Shown one piece after another: positions 42,411 through 52,368 of a stretch of 64,000 nt of DNA; the stretch's first letter is position 1; each line of letters begins with the position of its first letter. Position numbers and translations under genes: made by a program. Below the pieces are notes generated by a model that had not been told where the DNA came from, did no database searches, and saw nothing but the letters and a program-made list of their open reading frames with translations. Source of the stretch: an uncultured Bdellovibrionales bacterium (GTDB lineage Bacteria > Myxococcota > XYA12-FULL-58-9 > JALHOP01); contig CAZAER010000003.1 of NCBI GenBank assembly GCA_964484195.1, forward strand, positions 188,787 to 252,786, in the 5' to 3' direction.

Positions 42411-43724
42411 ATGATGAACGGCCTTTGGGTCGGCATGGTGCTCATCGCCTTGCTGACCGGAGCAGCCACCGGCACGCTCGACGCTGTCGCTAAAGCGGTC
42501 ACCGACAGCGCTGGCGCCGCTGTTACGTTGTCGCTCGGCTTGGTGGGAACCATGGCGCTCTGGCTCGGCCTGATGCGCGTCCTCCAGCAAGCCGGCTTGC
42601 TCAAAGTGTTCGCGCGCCTCATGCGCCCGATCTTGCGACGCCTCTTTCCCGAGCTACCGGACGGTCATCCAGCGCTCAGCATGATGGTGCTCAACATTGC
42701 CAGCAACATGCTCGGGCTCGGCAACGCCGCGACACCGTTCGGGCTCAAGGCGATGACCGAGCTCGACACCCTGAATCCAGAAAAGGGGACAGCAACCAAT
42801 TCGATGGTGCTGTTCCTGGCGATCAACACCGCGGGCTTCTCGCTCATCCCCACCAACGTCATCGCGATTCGCGCGGCGATGGGCTCGGCACAACCCGGCT
42901 CGGTGTTCTTGACCACGCTGATCGCGACGACCTGCTCGACCCTGTCCGCTATCGTGGCTTGCAAGATCGCCGAGCCGTTCTTCAGGAGGCCCGCCGTGGC
43001 GCTGGTCACGCCGGCGACACCAGCGCCGTTGGGCCCGGATGTGAGCGAGGCGCAAGCGCTCATCGAAGGCGCGGCCCTGCAACCCAGCCTCACGCGACGC
43101 CTGATCGTCGCGGGCATCGCGCTCGCTCTCTTTGCCGCCATGGGTGTGGCACTGGCTCGCCGCGCGACGGGTGAGGGCGGAGTCGGCTGGCCGCTCGCGG
43201 TCCGCGATGCCATGTCGCAATGGCCACTCGCCATCATCCTCGGCGCCATCGTGATGTACGGCCTCGCGCGCGGGGTGAAGGTTTACGATTGCGTCGTCGA
43301 GGGCGGCAAAGAAGGCTTCGCGGTGGCGTTACGCATCATCCCGTTCCTCGTGGCGATGCTCGTCGCGATCGGCATGCTGCGCGCTTCGGGGGCGCTCGGA
43401 GCGCTGGTCGCGATGCTCTCGCCCGTGACCGAGCTCATCGGCATGCCCGCGGACGCCTTACCCATGGCCATCCTCCGGCCGCTCTCCGGCTCGGGAGCGT
43501 TGTCGCTCATGACCGAGACCATGAAGACGCACGGGCCGGACTCGCTCATCGGGCAGATGGTGTCGACGATGTACGGTGGAACCGAAACCACCTTCTACGT
43601 GCTTGCGGTGTACTTCGGCGCCGTCGCGGTGAGGAACACCAGGCACACGTTGATCCCCTGCATCACCGCGGACGTGGTTGGTGCGGTAAGCGCGGTTTGG
43701 GCGACGCGATGGTTGCTCGGCTAG
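42411..43724 (+). CDS. Nucleoside-recognition (Gate) domain membrane protein, fused SpmA/SpmB-like
   Basis: MMNGLWVGMVLIALL...LGLVGTMALWLGLMRV...NIASNMLGLGNAATPFGLKAM and a second Gate-like half (...LRPLSGSGALSLM...). Polytopic membrane protein. Confidence 0.8.
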   Translation: MMNGLWVGMVLIALLTGAATGTLDAVAKAVTDSAGAAVTLSLGLVGTMALWLGLMRVLQQAGLLKVFARLMRPILRRLFPELPDGHPALSMMVLNIASNMLGLGNAATPFGLKAMTELDTLNPEKGTATNSMVLFLAINTAGFSLIPTNVIAIRAAMGSAQPGSVFLTTLIATTCSTLSAIVACKIAEPFFRRPAVALVTPATPAPLGPDVSEAQALIEGAALQPSLTRRLIVAGIALALFAAMGVALARRATGEGGVGWPLAVRDAMSQWPLAIILGAIVMYGLARGVKVYDCVVEGGKEGFAVALRIIPFLVAMLVAIGMLRASGALGALVAMLSPVTELIGMPADALPMAILRPLSGSGALSLMTETMKTHGPDSLIGQMVSTMYGGTETTFYVLAVYFGAVAVRNTRHTLIPCITADVVGAVSAVWATRWLLG

Positions 43725-44452
43725 CGCGACGGCAATAGCGGCCGCATTTTCTTCTGCTGCTGCGGCTTCAAGCTATCGGCGCGCACGTAGGCGGCATGTG
43801 CCTTGTTCGCATTGCCGGTGCGCTCGTAGAACTTCGCGAGTCGGTACTGGTGGTAGGCGACGTTCGGCTGCAAGCGCGTGATGGTCTGCAGCGCCGCCTC
43901 GGCGTCTTCGAGGCGCTGCGCGTTTTCGTAGACTTCCGAGAGCGCCGAGAGCGCACCGATGTGCGCTGGCTCGCCACGCAGGAGCACTTCGAAGGCGCCG
44001 ATGGCAGCCTGGAGCTCGCCGCTCATGCGTAGCGCGTTCGCCAGCTGGAACTGCGCGTCGTACATCTGAGGCCGGCGCTCGAGCGCGATAGCGTACTGCT
44101 TGGCGGCTTCGGAGAATCGACCCTTGCGGTCGTATGCCAGTCCCAGGTGGTAGTGCGCTTTGGGATTTTCCGGCTCGAGTCGCACCGCCGCTTCGAGCGA
44201 GGTGAGCGCGCGATCGCTCTCTGGGTCGACTGTCTGCTCGGCGATGCCGAACGAAAGATGCGCAAGACCCCAATCGGGGGCCGCCGCGACCGCTTTGGCG
44301 AACGCATCACGCGCCTCTTCGGCACGCCCACCGTCCATGGCGCTCGCGCCTTGGGCGAAAGCCGCACGGGCAATAGCGCCGTCGTTCTGAGCGGCCTGGG
44401 CCAAGCTCGCGGCGCACAGACCGGCGAGCATGATGGCGATTCGAGTGGGCAT
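43721..44452 (-). CDS. TPR-repeat protein with signal peptide
   Basis: ATG 44452 gives MPTRIAIMLAGLCAASLAQA. Several 34-residue TPR-like repeats (A..HY.LGLAYDRKGRFSEAAKQY..AL...P). Confidence 0.7.
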   Translation of the reverse strand: MPTRIAIMLAGLCAASLAQAAQNDGAIARAAFAQGASAMDGGRAEEARDAFAKAVAAAPDWGLAHLSFGIAEQTVDPESDRALTSLEAAVRLEPENPKAHYHLGLAYDRKGRFSEAAKQYAIALERRPQMYDAQFQLANALRMSGELQAAIGAFEVLLRGEPAHIGALSALSEVYENAQRLEDAEAALQTITRLQPNVAYHQYRLAKFYERTGNANKAHAAYVRADSLKPQQQKKMRPLLPSR

Positions 44453-44525
44453 GCCCTTGGGGTGATATGCGACGGATCGCGCCCCGGCAAGATTTGTATT
44501 AGTCCCAAGGCCTGGAGATACGGCC

Positions 44526-45320
44526 ATGCTTCTCGCCATCGACGTGGGCAATACCAATATCGTCGTCGGTGTCTATGACGGCGACCATCTGCGCCACCAC
44601 GTGCGCATTTCCACCGACCGCAGCCGCACCGATGACGAGTACGGCATGTTGCTCGGCAATCTCCTCACCGAACAAGGACTTGCCTGGAACGAGCTCCACG
44701 CCGCGGCGCTGGCAAGCGTAGTGCCACCACTCACCGAGGTGTGGCGCAGGGTGTGCGTGCGGAGGATGAAGGGGGTCGAGCCCCTGGTGGTCGGACCTGG
44801 GGTGAAGACCGGCATGCCCGTCCTCTACGAAAATCCGCGTGAGGTGGGCGCCGACCGGGTGGTGAACGGCGTCGCCGGCTACGAGCGCTTCCGCCGCGAG
44901 TCAGGCGGCCCGTACGGCGTCATCATCGTCGACTTCGGCACCGCGACGACTTTCGACGTGGTCTCGCCGAAGGGCGAGTACTTGGGTGGCGCCATCGCGC
45001 CGGGCATCGTCATCTCGACCGAAGCCTTGTTCATGCGCGCGTCCAAGCTACCGCGCGTCGATCTCGAGGTGCCGGGTAGCGCCATCGGCCGCACCACCGT
45101 CACCAGCATGCAAGCGGGTATCCTCTACGGGTATGTTGGTCTCGTGGACGGCCTGGTGACGCGTATGCGTGGTGAGCTCGACTTCGCGCCGAGAATCCTC
45201 GCGACCGGCGGCCTCGCGAACGTCATCGCCAAACATGCGACGACCATCGAAGCGGTCGACGACAACCTGACTCTCGAAGGCCTGCGCATCATTCACGGCC
45301 GGAATCGAGGTAGCGCATGA
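44526..45320 (+). CDS. coaX: Type III pantothenate kinase
   Basis: [38 protein letters not shown] patterns. Size 264 aa. Confidence 0.9.
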   Translation: MLLAIDVGNTNIVVGVYDGDHLRHHVRISTDRSRTDDEYGMLLGNLLTEQGLAWNELHAAALASVVPPLTEVWRRVCVRRMKGVEPLVVGPGVKTGMPVLYENPREVGADRVVNGVAGYERFRRESGGPYGVIIVDFGTATTFDVVSPKGEYLGGAIAPGIVISTEALFMRASKLPRVDLEVPGSAIGRTTVTSMQAGILYGYVGLVDGLVTRMRGELDFAPRILATGGLANVIAKHATTIEAVDDNLTLEGLRIIHGRNRGSA

Positions 45321-46501
45321 GCCAGGCCGATATCGCCTCCGAGCTTTCACCAGCGCACCGCAAAGCGCTCGACCCGGCATCGCCGATGCCGGCGCGTATG
45401 ATGGCGGCGCGTGGCATGGCGCCGTTGCCGCCGCGCGAGATGGTGATGGTCCTCGCCGGGCTGTCTCTCGATACCGATCCCGCTTTAGCGGACGCCGCGA
45501 AAGCTTCGCTCACGAAGCTCCCCGACAAGATCTACGACACCGCGCTAGCGGCGACTCTCCCGCCCGCTGCCTTGGCGCCCATCGCCGCCGCCCTGACCGG
45601 CCGCGATGGACCGCTCGAGAAGCTGGTGCTCGCGCGCGGCACACCGGATTCGGTCGTCGCCCAGGTCGCCCAACAGGCGTCGGAGAAGGTGGCGGAGATC
45701 ATCGCCAGCGACCAGGAGCGTTTGCTGCGCTCGCACGATCTCGTGGGAGCCCTGCGCACCAACACATCGCTGCTGCGCTCGAGCTTGGATCGCGTCTTCG
45801 ACTTCTTGGTGCGCGCCGGCGTCATTTACGACGACTTTCCGGAAGCCACCGAGGCACTGGCCCGCTTGTCGTCGACGGACTTCGAGCAGGCCGCGGCCAA
45901 GATCGATCTGCCCCCCGAGGTGCAGAAGCTGCTCGAGCCCGAGGCCGCCGCGCCAGCTGCAGCGGCTCCGGCCGTTGCCGAAGCTCCGCCCGCGAGCGAG
46001 TCGGCAGAGAACGCCGAGGCCGCGCCGGCCGAGGGCGACATCGACGAGGCCCTGGAAGCCAACATCTCGCAGGAGGAAAAAGAGAAGCGGGTACCGATGC
46101 TCAAGCTCGTCGCGCAGCTCAACATCGCCCAGAAGGTCGCGCTGGCCATGCGCGGCAACAAGGAGGCGCGGTCGCTGCTCGTACGCGATTCGAATCGCTT
46201 GGTTGCCGTCGCCGCGATTCGCAGCCCGCGCATCACCGATGGCGAAGTGAAGACGGTGGCGGCGAGCCGCACGGTGCACGACGATGTCATCCGGATCATC
46301 GGCAACTCGCGCGAGCTCTCGCGCAGCTACGGCGTGAAGGTCGCGCTGGCGAGCAATCCGAAGACGCCGTTGCCGATGGCGATGAAGCTCTTGCCGCTCC
46401 TACGCGACGCCGAGATCAAGATCATGGCGAAGTCGAAGAACGTCTCCGCGGCGGTGTCGACGCAGGCGCGTCGCATGCTGCAGACGCGCGGCCAGAAGTA
46501 G
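45317..46501 (+). CDS. Hypothetical protein with HEAT/LRV-like helical repeats, coupled to coaX (ATGA)
   Basis: The start overlaps the coaX stop. Central Ala/Pro/Glu linker. The C-terminal part has repeated helical units ending in NP.TP-like turns. Confidence 0.6.
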   Translation: MSQADIASELSPAHRKALDPASPMPARMMAARGMAPLPPREMVMVLAGLSLDTDPALADAAKASLTKLPDKIYDTALAATLPPAALAPIAAALTGRDGPLEKLVLARGTPDSVVAQVAQQASEKVAEIIASDQERLLRSHDLVGALRTNTSLLRSSLDRVFDFLVRAGVIYDDFPEATEALARLSSTDFEQAAAKIDLPPEVQKLLEPEAAAPAAAAPAVAEAPPASESAENAEAAPAEGDIDEALEANISQEEKEKRVPMLKLVAQLNIAQKVALAMRGNKEARSLLVRDSNRLVAVAAIRSPRITDGEVKTVAASRTVHDDVIRIIGNSRELSRSYGVKVALASNPKTPLPMAMKLLPLLRDAEIKIMAKSKNVSAAVSTQARRMLQTRGQK

Positions 46502-46509
46502 CGGGCTAC

Positions 46510-47208
46510 TCAGCGCAGCTTGATGGGAATGCCGAGCACGCCGATGGGGTCGACATGACTGCCATAGCGCATCACTTCGAAGTGCAGATGCGGGCCGGTG
46601 GTGCGTCCGCTGGTACCGACGAGGCCGAGGGCCTCGCCCGCCTCGACGATCTGCCCCTCGTAAACCAGAGTCTGCGAGAGATGTGAGTAGCCGGTCTGGA
46701 AGGCACCCGGATGTGTGATGGTGATCTGGCGGCCGTGGCCATGATTCCAGCCGACCGTGGTCACACGTCCCGATGCAGCGGCGCGCACCACCTGACCGTA
46801 CTGGGCCTCGAGATCGATGCCGTAGTGGAAGCGCGCATCGCCTTCCAACGGATCGGCGCGCTCACCGAAGGGGCTGGTGACCCCGGTCGCTGGGAGCGGC
46901 CATTGCAACATCATGACGCGCGGTGCCTCGGGGAGGGTGATCCAGAATTCGGGCGGGGTGCCGAGCACCGGCTGGTCGCTTTCGTCGATGGGGCCGCCCA
47001 TGGCCTTGTCCGCGACAGCGGCTTCGGTGGCGGGCGCCGGCTCGATGGTGACCACGCCCTCATCGGCGAGCGAAACCGCTTCGATCTCTTTGACTGGGGT
47101 CGCTTTCCAGCGGCTGGTCGGGCCGGGCTCGAACGTCCAAGCCATCTTCCCTTCGGCTGCGCAGGCGGTGCTCGCGAGGGTGACGAGCAGGGCCCAGGGT
47201 CGCGTCAT
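46510..47208 (-). CDS. M23 family metallopeptidase (lipoprotein-type signal)
   Basis: HYGIDLEA..G..V.AAASGRV...GWNHGHGRQITITH......YSHL......G..V..G...G.VG.SGRTTGPHLHFEV. ATG 47208 gives MTRPWALLVTLASTAC. Confidence 0.85.
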   Translation of the reverse strand: MTRPWALLVTLASTACAAEGKMAWTFEPGPTSRWKATPVKEIEAVSLADEGVVTIEPAPATEAAVADKAMGGPIDESDQPVLGTPPEFWITLPEAPRVMMLQWPLPATGVTSPFGERADPLEGDARFHYGIDLEAQYGQVVRAAASGRVTTVGWNHGHGRQITITHPGAFQTGYSHLSQTLVYEGQIVEAGEALGLVGTSGRTTGPHLHFEVMRYGSHVDPIGVLGIPIKLR

Positions 47209-47448
47209 TGCTGGGAATGATACCCGGCGCTTCCCCCAGACGCCCAATTTGCTGGCGCGGAATCAGACAACACCAGGGAGTCGCCTGCCGATAGTGGACT
47301 CGAATGACGCCAAAGGGGGATTCCAGCGCGCCGTTCAGAGGCTTTTTCGGTGGTAGACGTGTTGACCGTGGGCAAGCGACGGGTGGCGGCGGTAGCAGCG
47401 TCCCAGCACGCAACTGCACCGGAATCCGCTCCTCAGCGATCCCCAGCC

Positions 47449-48732
47449 ATGCGGCGCGGGCCTGGTCTCGAGGCAGCCACCCAAGCCCGGCGTCCCGAGC
47501 GTAACGGCCGGCGCGAGCCTCCCGAAGCGGCGACGAACCTCGCCTTCCAGCGCGCTTACACGCCCGCGTTCCACGAACGCATGGTGAACGAGCTCCTCGC
47601 GGCTGCTCCGGGCATGCCGCCCTTCGCTTACACCTTCGCGACGCAACCGCCGTTCCTCAATCAGCGCATCGCCCACCGCGTTCTTTCAGCGGCCATGGAC
47701 ATCGTCGGCCAGGTGACGAGCGACGCCTACTGCGCGAAGAGCCGGGCCTACGTTCCGGCCACGTTCCGCGTCCCGCACGTTCCCGCGAAGCCCGACCTGG
47801 TCCTCGTCGACTTTGCCCTGGCGCGCGATGCCAAGGGGCATCTCGTGCCCAAGCTCATCGAGCTCCAGTCCGCCGCGCCTCAGCTGGCGATGTTCTACAC
47901 CCAGGGGAAGATCATCCAGCGTCTGCTCGAGCAGACACCGGGGATGCCGGCGGCAGCACGCTTCACGCATTCGGGCATGTCACCCGAAGACTATCGCGCT
48001 TTGTTGTCGCGCCGCTTCCTCGACGGTCACGCGCCCGAGCACGTCGTCCTCATGGACATCGACCCGTTCGACTACCAGCACTTCCCGCACGACTTCATCT
48101 TGCACAAGGAGCTGTTCGGCATCGACACCGTCGACATCCGCGACATCTACCGCGTGGGAGACCAACTGTTCCGCCGCGACGCCGACGGCCGCGAGGTGCA
48201 GGTGAAGCGCATCGTCAATCGCATGCTGCTCTCCGACCCGCGCGCCCCGCATGATCACTTCGCCACCTTGTTCGACGGCAACCCCGAGGTCAGCTGGTTC
48301 TGTGATCCCGAGTGGCACTACCGCGTGGCGAAGCCGGCGATGTTCGACCTCGTACACGAAAGCGTGCCGCGCATCTTGCGGCTCAGTGACGTGAAGACCC
48401 TGCCCGAGGACCTCGTCGACTGGGTGCTCAAGCCGCTCGCCGACTTCGGCGGTGAAGGCGTGACGGTCGGCCCGACCGTCGAGGATATCGCGAAGATCCG
48501 AGAGCACCGCGACCACTGGTGCTTGCAGGAGCGCGTTCGCTTTGCTCCTTGGATCCCGCCGGTCGCTGGCGAGGGCAACACGCAATGCGAGCTACGGGTC
48601 GTCTGCATCCGCGATGGCGAGCAGTATGTTCCTGCGGTCATGTGGTCACGCCAGATGCGCGGTGGCGGTAAGGCCAACGTCTACTCGAACATCGCCCCCG
48701 GCACTGGACCGACCATCCCATTCGTCGTGTAG
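47449..48732 (+). CDS. Hypothetical protein, possibly ATP-grasp-like (circularly permuted type)
   Basis: WVLKPLADFGGEGVTVGP and CLQERV...ELRVVCI resemble ATP-grasp strands. The start is uncertain (GTG 47350, ATG 47449 or ATG 47581); GC3 rises after about 47450. Confidence 0.45.
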   Translation: MRRGPGLEAATQARRPERNGRREPPEAATNLAFQRAYTPAFHERMVNELLAAAPGMPPFAYTFATQPPFLNQRIAHRVLSAAMDIVGQVTSDAYCAKSRAYVPATFRVPHVPAKPDLVLVDFALARDAKGHLVPKLIELQSAAPQLAMFYTQGKIIQRLLEQTPGMPAAARFTHSGMSPEDYRALLSRRFLDGHAPEHVVLMDIDPFDYQHFPHDFILHKELFGIDTVDIRDIYRVGDQLFRRDADGREVQVKRIVNRMLLSDPRAPHDHFATLFDGNPEVSWFCDPEWHYRVAKPAMFDLVHESVPRILRLSDVKTLPEDLVDWVLKPLADFGGEGVTVGPTVEDIAKIREHRDHWCLQERVRFAPWIPPVAGEGNTQCELRVVCIRDGEQYVPAVMWSRQMRGGGKANVYSNIAPGTGPTIPFVV

Positions 48733-48741
48733 CTTGTCGCC

Positions 48742-49197
48742 ATGGACGAGCGCTTGATGGATGAAGCCCTGGCCGAGGCACGCCTCGCGCTTGCGGCGGG
48801 TGAGGTGCCGGTCGGCGCGGTGGTCGTGCACGAGGGGATCGTGGTGGGGCGCGGTCACAACCTGCGCGAGACCGCGAACGATCCCCTCGGCCATGCCGAG
48901 CTTCTCGCCATCGCGGCCGCGGCCAAGCACCTCGGGCGCTGGCGCCTTTTCGGCTGCTCGCTCGTCGTCACCCTGGAGCCTTGCCCGATGTGCGCCGGCG
49001 CCATCGTCAACTCGCGCATCGAGCGCTTGGTGTTCGGCGCCGCCGATCCGCGCGCCGGTGCCGCCGGCTCGATCATGGATATCGTCCGCGACGGCAGACT
49101 GAATCATCGCGCCGAAGTGGTGGGCGGTGTACGCGCGGCCGAGTCGGCGGAGCTGCTAAAGAGCTTCTTCGCCGCGCGCCGAAAGGGACGCGATTAG
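48742..49197 (+). CDS. tadA: tRNA adenosine(34) deaminase
   Basis: EVPVGAVVV......GRGHN......DP..HAE..AI and TLEPCPMCAGAIVNSRIERLVFGA.DPRAGA (CDA zinc motifs HAE / PCxxC). Confidence 0.9.
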   Translation: MDERLMDEALAEARLALAAGEVPVGAVVVHEGIVVGRGHNLRETANDPLGHAELLAIAAAAKHLGRWRLFGCSLVVTLEPCPMCAGAIVNSRIERLVFGAADPRAGAAGSIMDIVRDGRLNHRAEVVGGVRAAESAELLKSFFAARRKGRD

Positions 49198-49547
49198 GTC
49201 AGCGTCGGGAGTCCGGCTAGCGCCGGGGCTTGACGCGATCGATGACCGGGAAGACTACCCACTGCAGCTGCTGATCGAGCGAACCGCCGGCCAGAGCCTG
49301 CTGCAGCTGAGCCGCGAAAGCGTGAACGGCCTGGGGCGAAACCCGCGCGAGATCAGCATCCGTGAGCTTGTAGAGACGCTCGGGAACCTTGCCCTTGTAG
49401 GCACAGAATCCCTGGCGTGAGAGGGCAAGAAACAGCTGCCCGTCACCTTTTGGCGTCGTGAGATCGGGCGTGAGCGCGATCGGCGATCGGACGATCCCTG
49501 CGCGGGCAAGCCCGAGTGGGCGCGATCACTTCGGAAGCAACCAGCTC

Positions 49548-51020
49548 ATGTCCGTCGCCGATAGTAGAGGTCGAACGAAACGACAATTGGCACTACCTAT
49601 GAATATCAACGGCATCCCACCCAACAGTCAGTCGTCGCACGGCGAGCCCATCGACAACAGCCCCGCCGAGCGTGTCCGCGCCGAGCTTTTGGCGGCCTAT
49701 CCGCGCCACGCGCTCGAGTCATTCGTCGACAAGGGCGAGCAGCACCTGCGTATCCTCATCCCTGTGCGCGGCTTTTTCCCGGTCTTTGCCATCGACAAGG
49801 GGCAGTTCGTGCCGCGCGTGGTCAGCGAGGACGGGCCGAAGTACTCTCCCGACCAGTTCCGTGCTTTCGTCGCCGAGACCTGGGCGCAGGCCGACGCCGG
49901 GCTCTGGGATGCCTTCAAGCGGAGCGCGTCAGAACGCGGTCACTTCAGCGTCGATGATGTCGCGAAGACCGTCTCCATCCCCAATGGTGCCGGTGCCCCG
50001 CACACGTACACGCTGAAGTACGGAATGCTAACGCGGACGAGCAACACCGGGACTCCGGCCGAGATGCGCTGGGGAGACCTGCGCAAGGTCGCGGTCGAGC
50101 AAGCCTGGCAACACTCCGGCGTCGACAAGGCGGAGCTCGACGCGCTGGTCGCTGGCACTCCGTGGGCCCACTTCGGCCACGAAGACAACACCGTCGAGGT
50201 GCAAGGCCCCGGCCGCAAGAACGAGTCGTTCAAGGTCAGCGGCGGCAAATTCGTAGGCGAGGGCAAGGCGATGTCCTTCGCCGAGCTGCGCGACTACGTC
50301 GATGCCATCAATGTGGCGCACGGACTCGAGGCAAAACGCGCGGCGGCCGAGCTCGCAGCGCAGTACCCGAAGGAACGCGTCGAGCTCATCGACGACGTGC
50401 TGGTCATCAAGCCATGGGAGGGGGAGGAGCAGCGCTTCACCATCGTCGGCGGTTTCTTCGTGCCGGCGAACGCAGCTGCGGGCGACAAGAAGCTGAAGCT
50501 TGCGGAGCTGATGGGCATCGTTGGTCAACGCTTGTGCCAGGTGTTCCGCGATCTCTTCGTTACGAATCGTGATTTGCAAGTGACTTACCACCGACCCGAG
50601 ATCCTTCAGGTCGTCGGCGACGTGCCCAAGTGGACGCACTTCGACGTGAAGAACCCTGAAGGTACGACGCGCGTGTTCACCACCAAGGACGGACGCATCT
50701 CCGAATCCTTGGTCGGAGGCGTCAGCAAAGAGAGCAGCTATGCCGAGCTCAAAGATGCGATCGAGCAGTTACGCCGCTTTAGAGATGAGCGCTTCGCCGC
50801 GGAGATGATGCCGTTCATCGCCGAGCGCCCGCGCAATCTCCAATGGGATCCGAAAGCCAAGCAGTTGATCTACGGCGGCCAGCGCTACGGCCTTTCGGGC
50901 AAAGGCTTGAGCGTCGCCGGCAGCCCACACCAGTTCTACACCTTCGCCGAATTCCAAGCCTTGGTCCGCCGCCGTGAGACCCATGGCACGAGCTGGGTGA
51001 ACGTTCAGGCGCGCGACTAA
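49548..51020 (+). CDS. Hypothetical protein made of about six degenerate ~70-80-aa repeats
   Basis: ATG 49548 (alternatives GTG 49458 and ATG 49599). Recurrent module: beta-hairpin-like x-V-x-GG-x-F/L-V followed by an S/T-F/Y-A-E-L/F-K/R helix (MSFAELRDYVDAI; LKLAELMGIVGQRL; SSYAELKDAIEQL; YTFAEFQALVRR). Confidence 0.55.
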   Translation: MSVADSRGRTKRQLALPMNINGIPPNSQSSHGEPIDNSPAERVRAELLAAYPRHALESFVDKGEQHLRILIPVRGFFPVFAIDKGQFVPRVVSEDGPKYSPDQFRAFVAETWAQADAGLWDAFKRSASERGHFSVDDVAKTVSIPNGAGAPHTYTLKYGMLTRTSNTGTPAEMRWGDLRKVAVEQAWQHSGVDKAELDALVAGTPWAHFGHEDNTVEVQGPGRKNESFKVSGGKFVGEGKAMSFAELRDYVDAINVAHGLEAKRAAAELAAQYPKERVELIDDVLVIKPWEGEEQRFTIVGGFFVPANAAAGDKKLKLAELMGIVGQRLCQVFRDLFVTNRDLQVTYHRPEILQVVGDVPKWTHFDVKNPEGTTRVFTTKDGRISESLVGGVSKESSYAELKDAIEQLRRFRDERFAAEMMPFIAERPRNLQWDPKAKQLIYGGQRYGLSGKGLSVAGSPHQFYTFAEFQALVRRRETHGTSWVNVQARD

Positions 51021-51294
51021 AAAATTCGTCGCAGTTGTCGACCTCGCCCTCGAGGCCGCGACCATGGGCAAGCGCAGAGCGGGGCCGATGCCGTCGGTCC
51101 GCTAAAGCGGTCCGATAAATTGCCACGGTTTGTGCCGCGAGGCGCAGCTAAACCCCCCGCTCGAAGCCACCGCGTTGCCGCAATGCTCTTCGGTCGAAGC
51201 GCTGAGGTTCCTGGCGTCGTGTTCGCCGTCGTTTTGTGCGGCGAGCTCGACAGCCCCGCGGCCCGCCAAGGGCCGAACAAGGGGCAAAGTATGG

Positions 51295-51382
51295 CGGAGC
51301 GGAAGGGATTCGAACCCCCGGTAGCTGTTTAGGCTACACACGATTTCCAATCGTGCACCTTCGACCACTCGGTCACCGCTCC
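51295..51382 (-). tRNA. tRNA-Ser(GGA): tRNA-Ser, anticodon GGA
   Basis: Reverse complement GGAGCGGTGACCGAGTGGTCGAAGGTGCACGATTGGAAATCGTG-[long variable arm]-GGGGGTTCGAATCCCTTCCGCTCCG. 7-bp acceptor stem, anticodon loop TTGGAAA, type-II variable arm, TTCGAAT T-loop. CCA is encoded (51294-51292). Confidence 0.9.
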
Positions 51383-51511
51383 AGCGGCGCGCACCCTAAC
51401 CAGACGGCGCGGAAAGTCGCAAGCAATCTCGCGCAACGTCCTGGGCCCCGATGGCGATAAAGACGAGACGAGGCTGACGTTACGTCATCCCTCTGCCTGA
51501 GAGAGCCCACG

Positions 51512-52210
51512 ATGACTGCGATTTGCCAGACCGAACCGAATCTCCAGCGAGCGAGTGAACCCGCGGGCCAAGGCGCCTCAGTGTCGCCCAATGCGGCAGC
51601 GGATGCCCCGAAGGTCGCCAACAACCGCGGTGGTTACGAGGCGGCGGACGCCATCCTCGCTGCCCAGCAGAAGACGCGTAAGGCTGCGGAAGCGGCGCGA
51701 CTCGCGAGCGCCGACAGAGCCCGAAGCTCGGCTGACGCCGCGGTACGCCGCGACGCTCAGCGCCAGGTCACGGCCGCGGACAATGTCGTGAAGCTGAGCG
51801 AGCTGGCCGAGCGGCACGCACCGCTCAGGGCGGCGCTCGAGGCCGGCAAGGGCGCGGTTCACTTCGACGGCGCGTTGCCAGGCGGCTACGTTCTCTCGCT
51901 GACTCCCGGCGGTTTCACGGTCTCACTCGCCGACTACTATAGAGCCAACGGCAACCCGGGCAGCTTTCTCTATTTCAAAGACGTGCCGCCGATCAGTTGG
52001 AACCCCTTGCGGCTGTTGTTCTGGAAGCCCCCGACGTACGTCAACAGCGTCTACGCCTCCCTCGACCTCGAGAGGGTCAGCACCCAGCTCGACGCCGCGA
52101 CGGCGCAGCTCCCGAGCATTGCCGAGAGCGGCGAGCTTCCCAAGGAATGGAGCAAGGGCGTACGCGATTGGTTCATCTCCAAGGGCGGCAGGGGTTGGTC
52201 GGACCTGTAG
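51512..52210 (+). CDS. Hypothetical protein
   Basis: ATG 51512. The Ala/Arg-rich helical N-half and the Gly/aromatic C-half have coding-like composition. No signal peptide and no family recognised. Confidence 0.5.
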   Translation: MTAICQTEPNLQRASEPAGQGASVSPNAAADAPKVANNRGGYEAADAILAAQQKTRKAAEAARLASADRARSSADAAVRRDAQRQVTAADNVVKLSELAERHAPLRAALEAGKGAVHFDGALPGGYVLSLTPGGFTVSLADYYRANGNPGSFLYFKDVPPISWNPLRLLFWKPPTYVNSVYASLDLERVSTQLDAATAQLPSIAESGELPKEWSKGVRDWFISKGGRGWSDL

Positions 52211-52280
52211 GCGCGCGAGCGCAGCTATCAGTTCTTGCGATCGTAGGCCCATTCGTTTAGACACCGCCCCTCGCGTTTCT

Positions 52281-52365
52281 GGAGCGATGGCCGAGTGGTC
52301 GAAGGCGCCTGACTCGAAATCAGGTATGCCGCAAGGCATCGGGGGTTCGAATCCCTCTCGCTCCG
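52281..52365 (+). tRNA. tRNA-Ser(CGA): tRNA-Ser, anticodon CGA
   Basis: GGAGCGATGGCCGAGTGGTCGAAGGCGCCTGACTCGAAATCAGG-TATGCCGCAAGGCATC-GGGGGTTCGAATCCCTCTCGCTCCG. Acceptor stem GGAGCGA/TCGCTCC, anticodon loop CTCGAAA, long variable arm. CCA is not encoded. Confidence 0.9.
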
Positions 52366-52368
52366 CTT

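Noticed and set aside
49220-49525. 102-codon open frame on the minus strand between tadA and the repeat protein gene (ends ...QLQWVVFPVIDRVKPRR*), with fairly high GC3.
   Set aside because: I found no in-frame ATG, GTG or TTG (only CTG codons) and recognised no motif. It could be a decayed gene or chance openness in GC-rich DNA. The track ORF 49255..49509(-) in another frame is Ser/Arg-rich and also unconvincing.
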